A stretch of 20,000 nucleotides of DNA from an uncultured virus (IMG/VR IMGVR_UViG_3300030101_003309) (IMGVR_UViG_3300030101_003309:45898-65897), one strand, 5' to 3'; positions 5,913 through 14,199 are shown, counted from the first letter of the stretch. Made by a program: numbers and translations. Notes: generated from the sequence alone by a model not told the origin.

Positions 5913-8354
5913 ATGAAATTTATAGGACAGTTTATACAAAATTTTATTGCAAGATTTCGTAACGATGTTTTCTTAGAAGACGTTGATACAGGAACTATTG
6001 CTAGTGGTGGTAACTTAGGATTAGATTCAAATAATAAAATTGTAAAAGCTTCAATATCCGCATCTGATACTACTTATGGTGTTTCCTGTGTAGACGGAGA
6101 TAATTCAGATGAAGAAAAAATTAGATTAACGTCTAGTGACGGTGAAACTGACGATGTTGTTTTGGAGGCTGGAACAGGATTATCAATAGCCAGAGATGAT
6201 GATAAGATAACATTTACAAACACAGTTTCAGATACTAATACACAGTTAAGTAATGCAGAGGTTAGAACAGCTGTTGAAGCCGCTAGTGATTCTAATGTGT
6301 TTACTGACGCTGATCACACTAAGTTGAATGGCATAGAAGCCAGTGCAGATGTAACGGACACGTCTAACGTTACAGCCGCAGGTGCATTAATGGATAGTGA
6401 AGTAACAAATCTTGCAGATGTTAAGTCTTTTGATACAAGCGATTATGCTACAGCTGCTCAAGGAGCTAAGGCTGATAGCGCACAACAACCGCCATCAGAA
6501 GGTGCATTTGCAAATGGAGACAAGACTAAGTTAGATAATATAGAAACAGGAGCTACAGCAGATCAAACAAATGCAGAAATTAGAGCTGGTGCGTTAATGG
6601 ATTCAGAACTTACAGATTTAGCTGGAGTAAAAGGTGTTACAATAAGTACTCTACAGGTTAAACCATCAGAAGGTGCTTTTGCAAATGGAGACAAGACTAA
6701 GTTAGATAATATAGAAACAGGAGCTACAGCAGATCAAACAAATGCAGAAATTAGAGCTGCAGTTGAAGCGGCATCAGACAGTAACGTATTCACGGATGCT
6801 GATCATACTAAGCTAAATGGTATAGAAACATCTGCAACCGCTGATCAAACAGCAGGTGAGATTAGAACTTTATTAGGAACTGGTAATGGTAATTTAGTAC
6901 CAGCAGCAGGATCAGACGGTGAGTTTTTAAAGCATGACGGTACGTTTGGCACTCCAAGTTATACAACTAATACTAACACTCAACTTAGCACCGAACAAGT
7001 ACAAGACATTGCTGGTCCGTTAGTAGCAACTGGTGGTACTAAAACACTAATTAGCGTTACTTATGATGATGCTAATAATAATATGGATTTTGTTGTAGAT
7101 AATGATTTATCTAACTATGATAACAGTTCAAGTGGATTTGTAACTTCAGATACTAATACACAGAACTCATACGCGATATCTTGTGTTGATGGAGACAACT
7201 CTGATGAAGAAAAAATAAGACTTACTCAAAGTGGTGCTGATGGCGCGGCAACAGATGATGTTGTATTAGAAGCAGGTACTGGTTTAAGTATTGCTAGATC
7301 TGGAGATAAGATAACATTTACAAACACTGTATCTGACACAAACACTAATCAATTAACTGAATTTACATTAACAGGTGATAGTGGTAGTAATCAAACAATA
7401 GCTCATGGTAATACACTAGACATTGCAGGCGGTAATGCTATCAGTACAGTTGTTGGTGCTACTGATACAGTTACCATTAACCATGACGATACATCGTCTC
7501 AAGCTAGTGTTAATAATTCTGGTAGAACTTTTATACAAGATATACAGTTAGATACTTATGGTCACGTAACAAGTATAACTTCTGCAACAGATTCTGATAC
7601 ACATGTTGGCGATATAACAGGAGTTACTATTCAAACGGATGATGAAGGCGTGGCTTCAGACACGGCAGGCTCTGCAGATTTTATTTTATCAGGTGGTGAA
7701 GGTATAGATACAAGTTCATCTGGCACTACTATAACTATAGCTGGTGAAGATGCTACAACGTCTAATAAAGGTATTGCTAGTTTTAATAGTAGTCACTTTA
7801 GCGTAAGCTCAGGTGCTGTTAGCCTAAGATCACCGGCAATAGCTAATTATTCTTTAGTAAGTTCATCTGGTACCACGACAACTAGTACTACAGCAGGAGA
7901 GGCAAATGCAGTAGTAATACCATATGACACAGAAGATTTAGTATCATCTAATAATACTGTAATATTAACAGGTTCAAGTGGTTTGACAGGTATTTCTGGA
8001 AGTTCTTATGCTTGGTACTCAGAAACACAAGGTGATTGGGAATATCAATGGAATGTTATGACTAATACAAATATAGTAAACAATAGAATATTAAATGGCG
8101 TTAAATTACAAAGAGGTACTCACAATGGCAGTACTATGACTTGGACTGATTATGATCCATCTACTTCTTTTATATATGATAGAGGTACTGGTACTGTGAG
8201 AAAAGGATCTACTACAAATCAAACGTTGGTTACACAAGGTGGTACTCAATATTATTGGAGATTAGTAATTTGGAAAGAAGCCGCATCAAATGCCTCAATG
8301 AATGCTATAACCGTAGTTACAGGTGTTAGTTTAATAGTAAAACAAATAAGTTAA
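5913..8354 (+). CDS. Tail fibre / receptor-binding protein, 813 aa
   Basis: Asp/Thr/Gly/Ser-rich, KLNGIExxAxxD fibre repeats, EQVQDIAG, DTYGHVT and DATTSNKGIASF fibre motifs, distinct aromatic C-terminal domain. Confidence 0.8.
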   Translation: MKFIGQFIQNFIARFRNDVFLEDVDTGTIASGGNLGLDSNNKIVKASISASDTTYGVSCVDGDNSDEEKIRLTSSDGETDDVVLEAGTGLSIARDDDKITFTNTVSDTNTQLSNAEVRTAVEAASDSNVFTDADHTKLNGIEASADVTDTSNVTAAGALMDSEVTNLADVKSFDTSDYATAAQGAKADSAQQPPSEGAFANGDKTKLDNIETGATADQTNAEIRAGALMDSELTDLAGVKGVTISTLQVKPSEGAFANGDKTKLDNIETGATADQTNAEIRAAVEAASDSNVFTDADHTKLNGIETSATADQTAGEIRTLLGTGNGNLVPAAGSDGEFLKHDGTFGTPSYTTNTNTQLSTEQVQDIAGPLVATGGTKTLISVTYDDANNNMDFVVDNDLSNYDNSSSGFVTSDTNTQNSYAISCVDGDNSDEEKIRLTQSGADGAATDDVVLEAGTGLSIARSGDKITFTNTVSDTNTNQLTEFTLTGDSGSNQTIAHGNTLDIAGGNAISTVVGATDTVTINHDDTSSQASVNNSGRTFIQDIQLDTYGHVTSITSATDSDTHVGDITGVTIQTDDEGVASDTAGSADFILSGGEGIDTSSSGTTITIAGEDATTSNKGIASFNSSHFSVSSGAVSLRSPAIANYSLVSSSGTTTTSTTAGEANAVVIPYDTEDLVSSNNTVILTGSSGLTGISGSSYAWYSETQGDWEYQWNVMTNTNIVNNRILNGVKLQRGTHNGSTMTWTDYDPSTSFIYDRGTGTVRKGSTTNQTLVTQGGTQYYWRLVIWKEAASNASMNAITVVTGVSLIVKQIS
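6075..7355 (+). repeat. Duplicated ~60-aa tail-fibre module (6075-6248 and 7170-7355)
   Basis: Both read YxxSCVDGDNSDEEKIRLT...TDDVVLEAGTGLSIARxxDKITFTNTVSDTNT; many synonymous differences. Confidence 0.9.
6492..6759 (+). repeat. 97-bp direct repeat (6492-6588 and 6663-6759), one mismatch, 171-bp period
   Basis: ccatcagaaggtgc(a/t)tttgcaaatggagacaag...gaaattagagctg; the only difference is 6506 A vs 6677 T (synonymous). Confidence 0.95.
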
Positions 8355-8367
8355 TAAAATATAAAAT

Positions 8368-8970
8368 ATGGTATACATAAAAGATAAATATAGAGGTAAA
8401 GGTGCACAAATAAGATCAAATTTTATAGCAAGACAAAAAGATTCAGCAAAAAAAGAAAACGCACCTACTGGCCTGACAAATCAACAAAGGGATCAAATTG
8501 CTACAGAAAATTTTAGGTCTTTTTCAAATGAAACAGCAAGGGGTCAATCTTTAAATATGACTGGAGCATCTACATTAGCAACAAATCAATTACAATCTAA
8601 GATTAGAGGTTTCAAGATAGAAGATGCTAATGTTGCGCTACGAATACTTGATCTACAACAAGGGTCTAGTTTAAATAATATTGTAATTCACAATCATCAT
8701 ACAAGTGAGGCTAATATTAATATTTATTGGAGTCCAGGTGACCAAACAAGAGCTACGTTTGATATATCAACTGGTTTTATAACATCATTCAAAGGAATAT
8801 CTTTAATAAATTTATACGGAGATAATTTTTCTGCTAACGCTACAGTATCATTAGAAGGTTTAGTTCAACATACATATAGAAATATTTCTAATCCAATAAC
8901 TTTTTATGCAGTTTCTTCAGTAGTTGGACCAAGCATAACTATTAGCTCAACTGATGAACTATCCCAATGA
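8368..8970 (+). CDS. Hypothetical protein, possibly structural
   Basis: 200-aa ORF in operon context; basic N-terminus, beta-rich C-terminal half. Confidence 0.7.
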   Translation: MVYIKDKYRGKGAQIRSNFIARQKDSAKKENAPTGLTNQQRDQIATENFRSFSNETARGQSLNMTGASTLATNQLQSKIRGFKIEDANVALRILDLQQGSSLNNIVIHNHHTSEANINIYWSPGDQTRATFDISTGFITSFKGISLINLYGDNFSANATVSLEGLVQHTYRNISNPITFYAVSSVVGPSITISSTDELSQ

Positions 8971-9205
8971 TACATATTGCGTGCCTATATGGTTAAGCAG
9001 CTGGACATTCAGAGATAGTAGAAACAAAATTTATACATTAAATAATCAGGTTGTTAAAGGGTATAATAAAGAAGAAATATTTGCTAATCCAAAAATTGTT
9101 AATAAACTTGTTAATAAAATTAAAGGAAGACGATCAAAACAAAAGCTTGTTGCCTTAAATTTAACATTAACAAGTCAACACGGTTATGGTGTTGAAGAAA
9201 ATTAA
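8954..9205 (+). CDS. Hypothetical basic protein
   Basis: 83-aa ORF overlapping the previous stop and filling the operon gap. Confidence 0.6.
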   Translation: MNYPNDTYCVPIWLSSWTFRDSRNKIYTLNNQVVKGYNKEEIFANPKIVNKLVNKIKGRRSKQKLVALNLTLTSQHGYGVEEN

Positions 9206-9216
9206 ACAATTTTACA

Positions 9217-10500
9217 ATGTCTTTAAACGATAAAATAAGAGAATATTTATTACAAAATCCTAATTTCTTACGCAGCAAATATGCAGATACAGCAAAAAAA
9301 TTTGGAACTAATTATGAACAAATTAGAACTATAGCAAGAGCACTTAGAAGAAAAAATCCAGACACAGAACCAAAAGAAAAAGAAGTAATTAATTTTCAAG
9401 AAACCAAATCTAGTGCTGTGCTTACTGCAGAAAATTGCACAAGAGTTAAATCACTAGAAGATTTATTAGCAGCATGTGAGGTGGATTTGGATTTGTGGGA
9501 TGTTGAAAAATATGATATAGGTACTTATGAGGTAACTGGTTTTGATAATGATCGTAACCCTGTTACTGTTACTATGTATAGAACAAAAGCGTGGTTAAAA
9601 AAAATAAAACAAGATTTAAATATAAAAAAAATAAAACAAGAACTTATTGAAGACTTACGTAATATATCGCCAATAGTTTCAAAAAAAGATAGAAAAAGAC
9701 CAAATGATAGAAAAGATTTACATTTATTAGAAATATCTGCATTTGATTTACATTTAGGTAAAATAGGAATAAAAGGAGATGAGTATAGTTTAAAAATAGC
9801 TGAAAAACGTCTTTTAAACGCCGTAGAGCACCTTTTGTATAGGGCTAAAGGGTTTTACATAGATAAGATACTTTTTATCGTAGGACAAGATTTATTGAAT
9901 TCTGATGGTGATTGGCCAATACCATCTACTACAAAAGGAACGCCACAGTTTAACAGTGATTACCATATAGATATGTATAGATCAGCTAGAAAGCTAATGA
10001 TAAAGGCTATAGATATATTAAGTGAAGTTGCTGATGTTCATGTTATGGTAATACCAGGTAATCACGACAGAGAATCTGTAATGCATTTAGGAGATACATT
10101 AGAGTTGTATTATGATAATAATGAAAATGTAAAAGTGGACAATGGAGATTGCTTAATGAAAGCTTTACCATACGGTAATAATCTTATTATATCAGATCAT
10201 GGTGACGGTCCAAAAACAAATGACCTGCCAGGTATTATAGCTCAAAGATTTAAGAATCTATGGAGCAATACAGTATATGTTGAAGTACATAGAGGCCATT
10301 ATCATACCAATAAAGCTATGAAATTACAAGCAATAGAAGAATTGAACGGTATAACTGTTAGAAATTTATCTTCTATGTCTGCCACAGATTATTGGCATGA
10401 TAGTAAGGGTTTTATAGGTAATATTAAAAAAGCACAAGCTTTTATATATAGTAGACAAAATGGTTTACAAGGTATATTAAACTACAACGTTAGCATTTAA
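9217..10500 (+). CDS. Calcineurin-like metallophosphoesterase with N-terminal HTH-like region
   Basis: Motifs DLHLG, GQD, PGNHD, HGD, GHYH in canonical order; N-terminal YADTAKKFGTNYEQIRTIAR is HTH-like. Confidence 0.85.
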   Translation: MSLNDKIREYLLQNPNFLRSKYADTAKKFGTNYEQIRTIARALRRKNPDTEPKEKEVINFQETKSSAVLTAENCTRVKSLEDLLAACEVDLDLWDVEKYDIGTYEVTGFDNDRNPVTVTMYRTKAWLKKIKQDLNIKKIKQELIEDLRNISPIVSKKDRKRPNDRKDLHLLEISAFDLHLGKIGIKGDEYSLKIAEKRLLNAVEHLLYRAKGFYIDKILFIVGQDLLNSDGDWPIPSTTKGTPQFNSDYHIDMYRSARKLMIKAIDILSEVADVHVMVIPGNHDRESVMHLGDTLELYYDNNENVKVDNGDCLMKALPYGNNLIISDHGDGPKTNDLPGIIAQRFKNLWSNTVYVEVHRGHYHTNKAMKLQAIEELNGITVRNLSSMSATDYWHDSKGFIGNIKKAQAFIYSRQNGLQGILNYNVSI

Positions 10501-10508
10501 TTTTTATT

Positions 10509-10649
10509 TTACTCATACCAAACTTTATATACTTTTACACCGTTATAAGTGATACATGCGAGTTCTTTTCTTTTTATTTTTTGTGTCACTATCTGACTTG
10601 GGTCCATGTATTTCGGATTTTTGCTGTTTAGTTTTCTTTTTTTCGGCAT
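10509..10649 (-). CDS. 46-aa basic protein (MPKKRKLNSKNPKYMDPSQIVTQKIKRKELACITYNGVKVYKVWYE)
   Basis: Hand-translated; AATAATT-ATG context as in neighbouring genes; stop lies 8 nt from the convergent + gene stop. Confidence 0.6.
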   Translation of the reverse strand: MPKKRKLNSKNPKYMDPSQIVTQKIKRKELACITYNGVKVYKVWYE

Positions 10650-10764
10650 AATTATTCAAATTATTAATTAATGATTTATTTTGATCTGTTTTTACAAAAT
10701 CATACACATACGCTATAATTATAAATAACGTAAATAAAAGTATAAAATAAGCTACGTATTGCAT
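10543..10764 (-). CDS. Small membrane-anchored hypothetical protein
   Basis: N-terminal TM helix YVAYFILLFTLFIIIAYVY; overlaps the DUF3310 stop. Confidence 0.55.
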   Translation of the reverse strand: MQYVAYFILLFTLFIIIAYVYDFVKTDQNKSLINNLNNYAEKKKTKQQKSEIHGPKSDSDTKNKKKRTRMYHL

Positions 10765-11030
10765 TTTTCTAATTTTTCTAGTTCAAATTGTAAATGTGCT
10801 ATTGCTTTTTTTATACAATCAACTGGAGATGTATGTTTGCGGTTAGCACGTAAAAGATAAGTCACTGCAGTCCCGCAGTTGTAAGAAAGATCAAAATCTT
10901 CTACAACTTTACGGGCTTCATATTTATGTATTTTTCCTATATAATAAGAAGGTATTCTTTTGTCTACAGTTGTATCAGCAATATAGCCGTTTCTACCTAC
11001 CTCCCAATAGTATTTATTGTGTTCTGTCAT
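10752..11030 (-). CDS. DUF3310 family protein (T7 gp1.7-like nucleotide kinase family)
   Basis: PSYY...EA..V...YNCGTAVTYLLRANRK....DCIKKAIAHL follows the family pattern. Confidence 0.75.
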   Translation of the reverse strand: MTEHNKYYWEVGRNGYIADTTVDKRIPSYYIGKIHKYEARKVVEDFDLSYNCGTAVTYLLRANRKHTSPVDCIKKAIAHLQFELEKLEKCNT

Positions 11031-11422
11031 TAGTCTAGTTTAGTTTTAAAGTGATCTATAATTTTATTCATTTGTCTTTTATAAAACAATTCAAAATCTA
11101 CATATTCCATTTGCCCTGTATCTCCATTTATAGATTTTGGTTGTGTTTTTTCCCATAGTTTATACAATACACCACGCATTCTTTGACTAGGTGTTTTTTC
11201 ATTAAACTCATTAGTTGCTGTAGCTTTTTCTACAGCATCAATTTGATCTTGATTAATGTTATTTGTAGATATTAATACATATCCTGGTTTTTTGATTAAA
11301 CTAAAAAGGTTAACCATAGTTTCGTGTGCTAACTCAGGAGTACCTACGAATATACGTAGGCTCCCGTCAGCTAAGGTGCTAACTTTATCTATACCACCTT
11401 CAAATACAACTGAATGTTTCAT
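11030..11422 (-). CDS. Conserved-looking phage hypothetical protein
   Basis: 130-aa coupled ORF; TLADGSLR, KTPSQRMRGVLYKLWE, FELFYKRQMNKII. Confidence 0.75.
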   Translation of the reverse strand: MKHSVVFEGGIDKVSTLADGSLRIFVGTPELAHETMVNLFSLIKKPGYVLISTNNINQDQIDAVEKATATNEFNEKTPSQRMRGVLYKLWEKTQPKSINGDTGQMEYVDFELFYKRQMNKIIDHFKTKLD

Positions 11423-12228
11423 AATATATCTTCTGTCATTATGTGAATAGTTCGTTTTGATTTTTTGTCCAAGTAATCAAATCCTTGACCTGGCCAATAA
11501 TTATTATCTAAACAGTATTTGTATATTTCTAGATCTCTATTGTATAGTTCTCTTCCTCTATCTATTAGATCATCACCTAACTGCACAATACTTATACTAT
11601 ACGGTTTAGTTTTTTCTACCGCTACTATATAATATTCATCTGCTTTGACAGCATCCATATAAAATGCTGCTTGTTTGTGATAGTTATATCTTTTGATAGC
11701 TTTAGCAAAACCATAGTAAGATGTATCTTTAGTAGTTTTTAGGTCTACAATAATATTTCTTTCTTTATCAAATACGTCTAGCATACCTTTGCAATTTACA
11801 TCATATTCTTCATTATGCCAAACAACTATATGTTCTTTTTCTCCATTAGATAATAGCTGTACAGCATCACTATCTTGAAATAATTTGCTTGTTATCTCCT
11901 GTATAGTATCATGATCTTCTTGTGATAATAAAGTTTTGAACATATGTTTGTTAGTAAATGCTTCAAAATCTTCTTTACCCTGCTTAGTTCTTTTGTCAAA
12001 TTTAGGCATAACTACATAATGTTTGCTGTATTCTTCAGGCTGTAAAACTTGCATATGTAAAGCAGATCCAAATTTCATAGCTGCAGAAGCAGGCTGTGGA
12101 TTTTGTATCATGTGTTTAAAATATTCAGGCGATTTACCTGTTAAATTATTCAGCATACTATTTGTTACATGCTCTGTATCAATATAATAGCTGTCGTGAT
12201 CAATATTGTGATTATTAATTAATTTCAT
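11419..12228 (-). CDS. PD-(D/E)xK exonuclease, RecE/ExoVIII-like (DUF3799 type)
   Basis: AMKFGSALH..LQP, DKRTKQGK, CKGMLD...IVDLKTT, YHKQAAFY, VAVEKTKPY. Confidence 0.85.
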   Translation of the reverse strand: MKLINNHNIDHDSYYIDTEHVTNSMLNNLTGKSPEYFKHMIQNPQPASAAMKFGSALHMQVLQPEEYSKHYVVMPKFDKRTKQGKEDFEAFTNKHMFKTLLSQEDHDTIQEITSKLFQDSDAVQLLSNGEKEHIVVWHNEEYDVNCKGMLDVFDKERNIIVDLKTTKDTSYYGFAKAIKRYNYHKQAAFYMDAVKADEYYIVAVEKTKPYSISIVQLGDDLIDRGRELYNRDLEIYKYCLDNNYWPGQGFDYLDKKSKRTIHIMTEDIL

Positions 12229-12245
12229 ATATTTTATTTTAAAGA

Positions 12246-12277
12246 CATCAAGACCCTACCGAAGTAGGGCCCTAATG
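12246..12277 (-). promoter_or_regulatory. 14-bp RNA hairpin with C(UUCG)G tetraloop in the exonuclease 5' leader
   Basis: Minus strand CAUUAGGGCCCUAC-UUCG-GUAGGGUCUUGAUG pairs fully with three G-U wobbles. Confidence 0.8.
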
Positions 12278-12319
12278 AATCAAAACAAAAACCATGTGAA
12301 CATGGATAAGAAAGCAGTA

Positions 12320-12327
12320 CAAAAGTA
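12320..12327 (-). promoter_or_regulatory. Bacteroidota -7 promoter element TACTTTTG
   Basis: TAnnTTTG in the intergenic region upstream of the exonuclease operon. Confidence 0.55.
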
Positions 12328-12347
12328 CTAAATATATTCTTTGCTCC

Positions 12348-12686
12348 CTATTCTTTCTCTTTTTTGTTTTGAACTTTCTGTTTTTCTTTTAATCTTTCTT
12401 GTATATCTTTCTCTAGACGATCATCTATCTCTTGCATTCTTTTTAGAATTTTATCTGATTCTGGTATTTGCTCACAATATTCATTCAAACTTTTTCTGAA
12501 ACTTTCTACTTCGTTTTTGGAAAATTTGCCTGATGAAGTATAATCTTTATGTACCCATGTTAATAAAGCTACTTCATGTGATTTTAATGCTTCTGACATA
12601 GATTTTAGTGTTTCATTGATTTGTTTTTCTACTTTATAGGTTTTACCCATAACTTTAATTTCAATTTTTTCAGTTTTTGTTGTCAT
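12348..12686 (-). CDS. Hypothetical helical protein
   Basis: 112-aa Lys/Glu-rich ORF overlapping the upstream gene end. Confidence 0.7.
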   Translation of the reverse strand: MTTKTEKIEIKVMGKTYKVEKQINETLKSMSEALKSHEVALLTWVHKDYTSSGKFSKNEVESFRKSLNEYCEQIPESDKILKRMQEIDDRLEKDIQERLKEKQKVQNKKEKE

Positions 12687-13113
12687 TTAATTCTTTTTTT
12701 AATTGTTTTATTTTTGATTTAAGTTTATCATTATTATCTAGTAGTATGTCTACAAGTTGTTTATTTCTTTCAATATCTGATAGTATTGGAGATTTGTAAT
12801 ATTCTGCTAAATTTTCTTTATGTTCAATTAAACACTCTTCTGCTACATCATAATATCTTCTTATGTATGGGTATATTTTTAGAAAATTTTCTATTGTTTT
12901 TACAGCATGCATTACAGTAGCGTGGTTTTTATCAAAAGCTTGAGCTATTTTGTGTAAAGTCATACCAAGTGATCTACGCAAAGTATACATTAACACCATT
13001 CTTTTTTCTACTAAATCTCTTTTGCGTGATTGTCCACATAATTCTTCAACAGATATATCTACCTCTGCAGCATAGTCTGTAAAATAATCTATTAGGCTTT
13101 GATTATCTGTCAT
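12670..13113 (-). CDS. Stand-alone DnaA domain IV (DNA-binding HTH) protein with C-terminal coiled coil
   Basis: SVEELCGQSRKRDLVEKRMVLMYTLR...TLHKIAQAFDKNHATVMHAVKTIE parallels DnaA R.R.....RQ.AMYL...SL..IG..F.RDHTTV.HA. Confidence 0.85.
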   Translation of the reverse strand: MTDNQSLIDYFTDYAAEVDISVEELCGQSRKRDLVEKRMVLMYTLRRSLGMTLHKIAQAFDKNHATVMHAVKTIENFLKIYPYIRRYYDVAEECLIEHKENLAEYYKSPILSDIERNKQLVDILLDNNDKLKSKIKQLKKELNDNKN

Positions 13114-13475
13114 ATCACTTCTATTTTAACACCAGCATTATTTTTATCTACAGAATATATGCCAAAGCTAGGTATTATATTTTCACAGTTATCATTTTCT
13201 ACGTAGCCATAATGTTCCATAAGATCCTGTATAGTTTGACAAGGGTTTATATAATCAAATTTACGTTTAGTATCTCTAATAAATGTAAATTTTATATTAT
13301 AAGGTTTTTGTTTGTTTTGTATCAATTGTAAAAATTTTTTTTTGTTTTTCATCCAGTCTGCTTTTGTTTCTTTTATGTAATTTCTAACTGTTTTAGAATG
13401 TACTAAATACTTGCCTGTCCATTGTTTACTATTTTTGCTAGACGGCACATTCTTTGGTATAAAAATTGCACACAT
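13110..13475 (-). CDS. RusA-like Holliday junction resolvase
   Basis: PSSKN near the N-terminus and KRKFDYIN....IQDLM...GYVENDN acidic pattern. Start reassigned to ATG 13475 because the upstream extension runs through a promoter motif and a structured element. Confidence 0.7.
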   Translation of the reverse strand: MCAIFIPKNVPSSKNSKQWTGKYLVHSKTVRNYIKETKADWMKNKKKFLQLIQNKQKPYNIKFTFIRDTKRKFDYINPCQTIQDLMEHYGYVENDNCENIIPSFGIYSVDKNNAGVKIEVI

Positions 13476-13479
13476 TTGA

Positions 13480-13487
13480 CAAATATA
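13480..13487 (-). promoter_or_regulatory. Bacteroidota -7 promoter element TATATTTG
   Basis: TATATTTG-tcaa-ATG upstream of the RusA-like gene. Confidence 0.55.
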
Positions 13488-13493
13488 GTAAAA

Positions 13494-13617
13494 AAAATAA
13501 AGAGTTGCACCCATGATGTTCTTACGACTAGAATAGAGGAATTTGGCGCATTTAAGTCTTAAAAAACTAACTAGTAGTTTTACCTGATACTCTAGGGATT
13601 TGTTATCTCTTTATTTT
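13494..13617 (-). ncRNA. Candidate multi-helix structured RNA (or ssDNA element), ~124 nt
   Basis: 11-bp closing inverted repeat (13494-13504/13607-13617), nested 8-bp helix with a G-U pair on the minus strand (13528-13535/13588-13595), inner 7-bp hairpin (13563-13581), U-tract after the closing stem. Confidence 0.5.
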
Positions 13618-13624
13618 ATTTTAT

Positions 13625-14197
13625 TTAGAACGGCATATCATCATCAGCATCTTGTGCTACTGCTTTCGCTCTGCCCCATGATGCATGTTTAACATTAAAC
13701 TCAGCCATTTCTTCTTCAGTCAAAGTCTTGTTCATATCATTATTATATGTACATTTACCTCCAACTTTAGAAGACCATCTGTATTTAACAGCTGTCCTTA
13801 TAACAGGCTCTTCTGTTTCTTTATTAATACCTATATATTCTTCTGATATAAAAGCTATCATTAAATCTTGATGTATAGCTTCGTTCATAGCAGTGCTATC
13901 ATCACTAAAGTCTTTTACACCTGCATTAATAAGAAAGTCTTTAATTTGTTTAGTTTTCCATTCTTTAGTAGATGGTTTGTCAGATTCTTTTACAACCCAA
14001 AACCTACATCTACCTACTTTGCCATTTGTACTTTTTACAGTATACTGTATAAATGGAGAGCCATTATAATTTTCAAGATTATCGGATGATGTAAGTCCTG
14101 TGATTTTGCAATGATGAGCTCCAGGTTCAATATATTCTACTTTTTCACCTTGTGTTCTTGTAGTAGTTGTTGTGTTTAAATTAAAAGGTAATGCCAT
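13625..14197 (-). CDS. Phage single-stranded DNA-binding protein (DUF669-like OB fold)
   Basis: YIEPGAHHCKI N-terminal strand pattern, acidic SSB-type tail DADDDMPF, located beside Rad52/Sak. Confidence 0.7.
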   Translation of the reverse strand: MALPFNLNTTTTTRTQGEKVEYIEPGAHHCKITGLTSSDNLENYNGSPFIQYTVKSTNGKVGRCRFWVVKESDKPSTKEWKTKQIKDFLINAGVKDFSDDSTAMNEAIHQDLMIAFISEEYIGINKETEEPVIRTAVKYRWSSKVGGKCTYNNDMNKTLTEEEMAEFNVKHASWGRAKAVAQDADDDMPF

Positions 14198-14199
14198 AT

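Noticed and set aside
6492..6759. Diversity-generating retroelement TR/VR pair
   Set aside because: Only one synonymous mismatch, both copies are in-frame mid-gene, and no reverse transcriptase is in the window.
10495..10545. Bidirectional intrinsic terminator at the convergence point
   Set aside because: T-rich but with no convincing GC stem, and most of the gap is occupied by the 46-aa ORF.
13476..13514. N-terminal extension MGATLYFFYYICQ of the RusA-like ORF
   Set aside because: Runs through the structured element, its T-tract and a promoter motif; ATG 13475 is more plausible.
13494..13617. tRNA, retron msr-msd or MITE
   Set aside because: No cloverleaf or T-loop, no reverse transcriptase or transposase nearby, no clear target-site duplication; kept only as an unclassified structured element.
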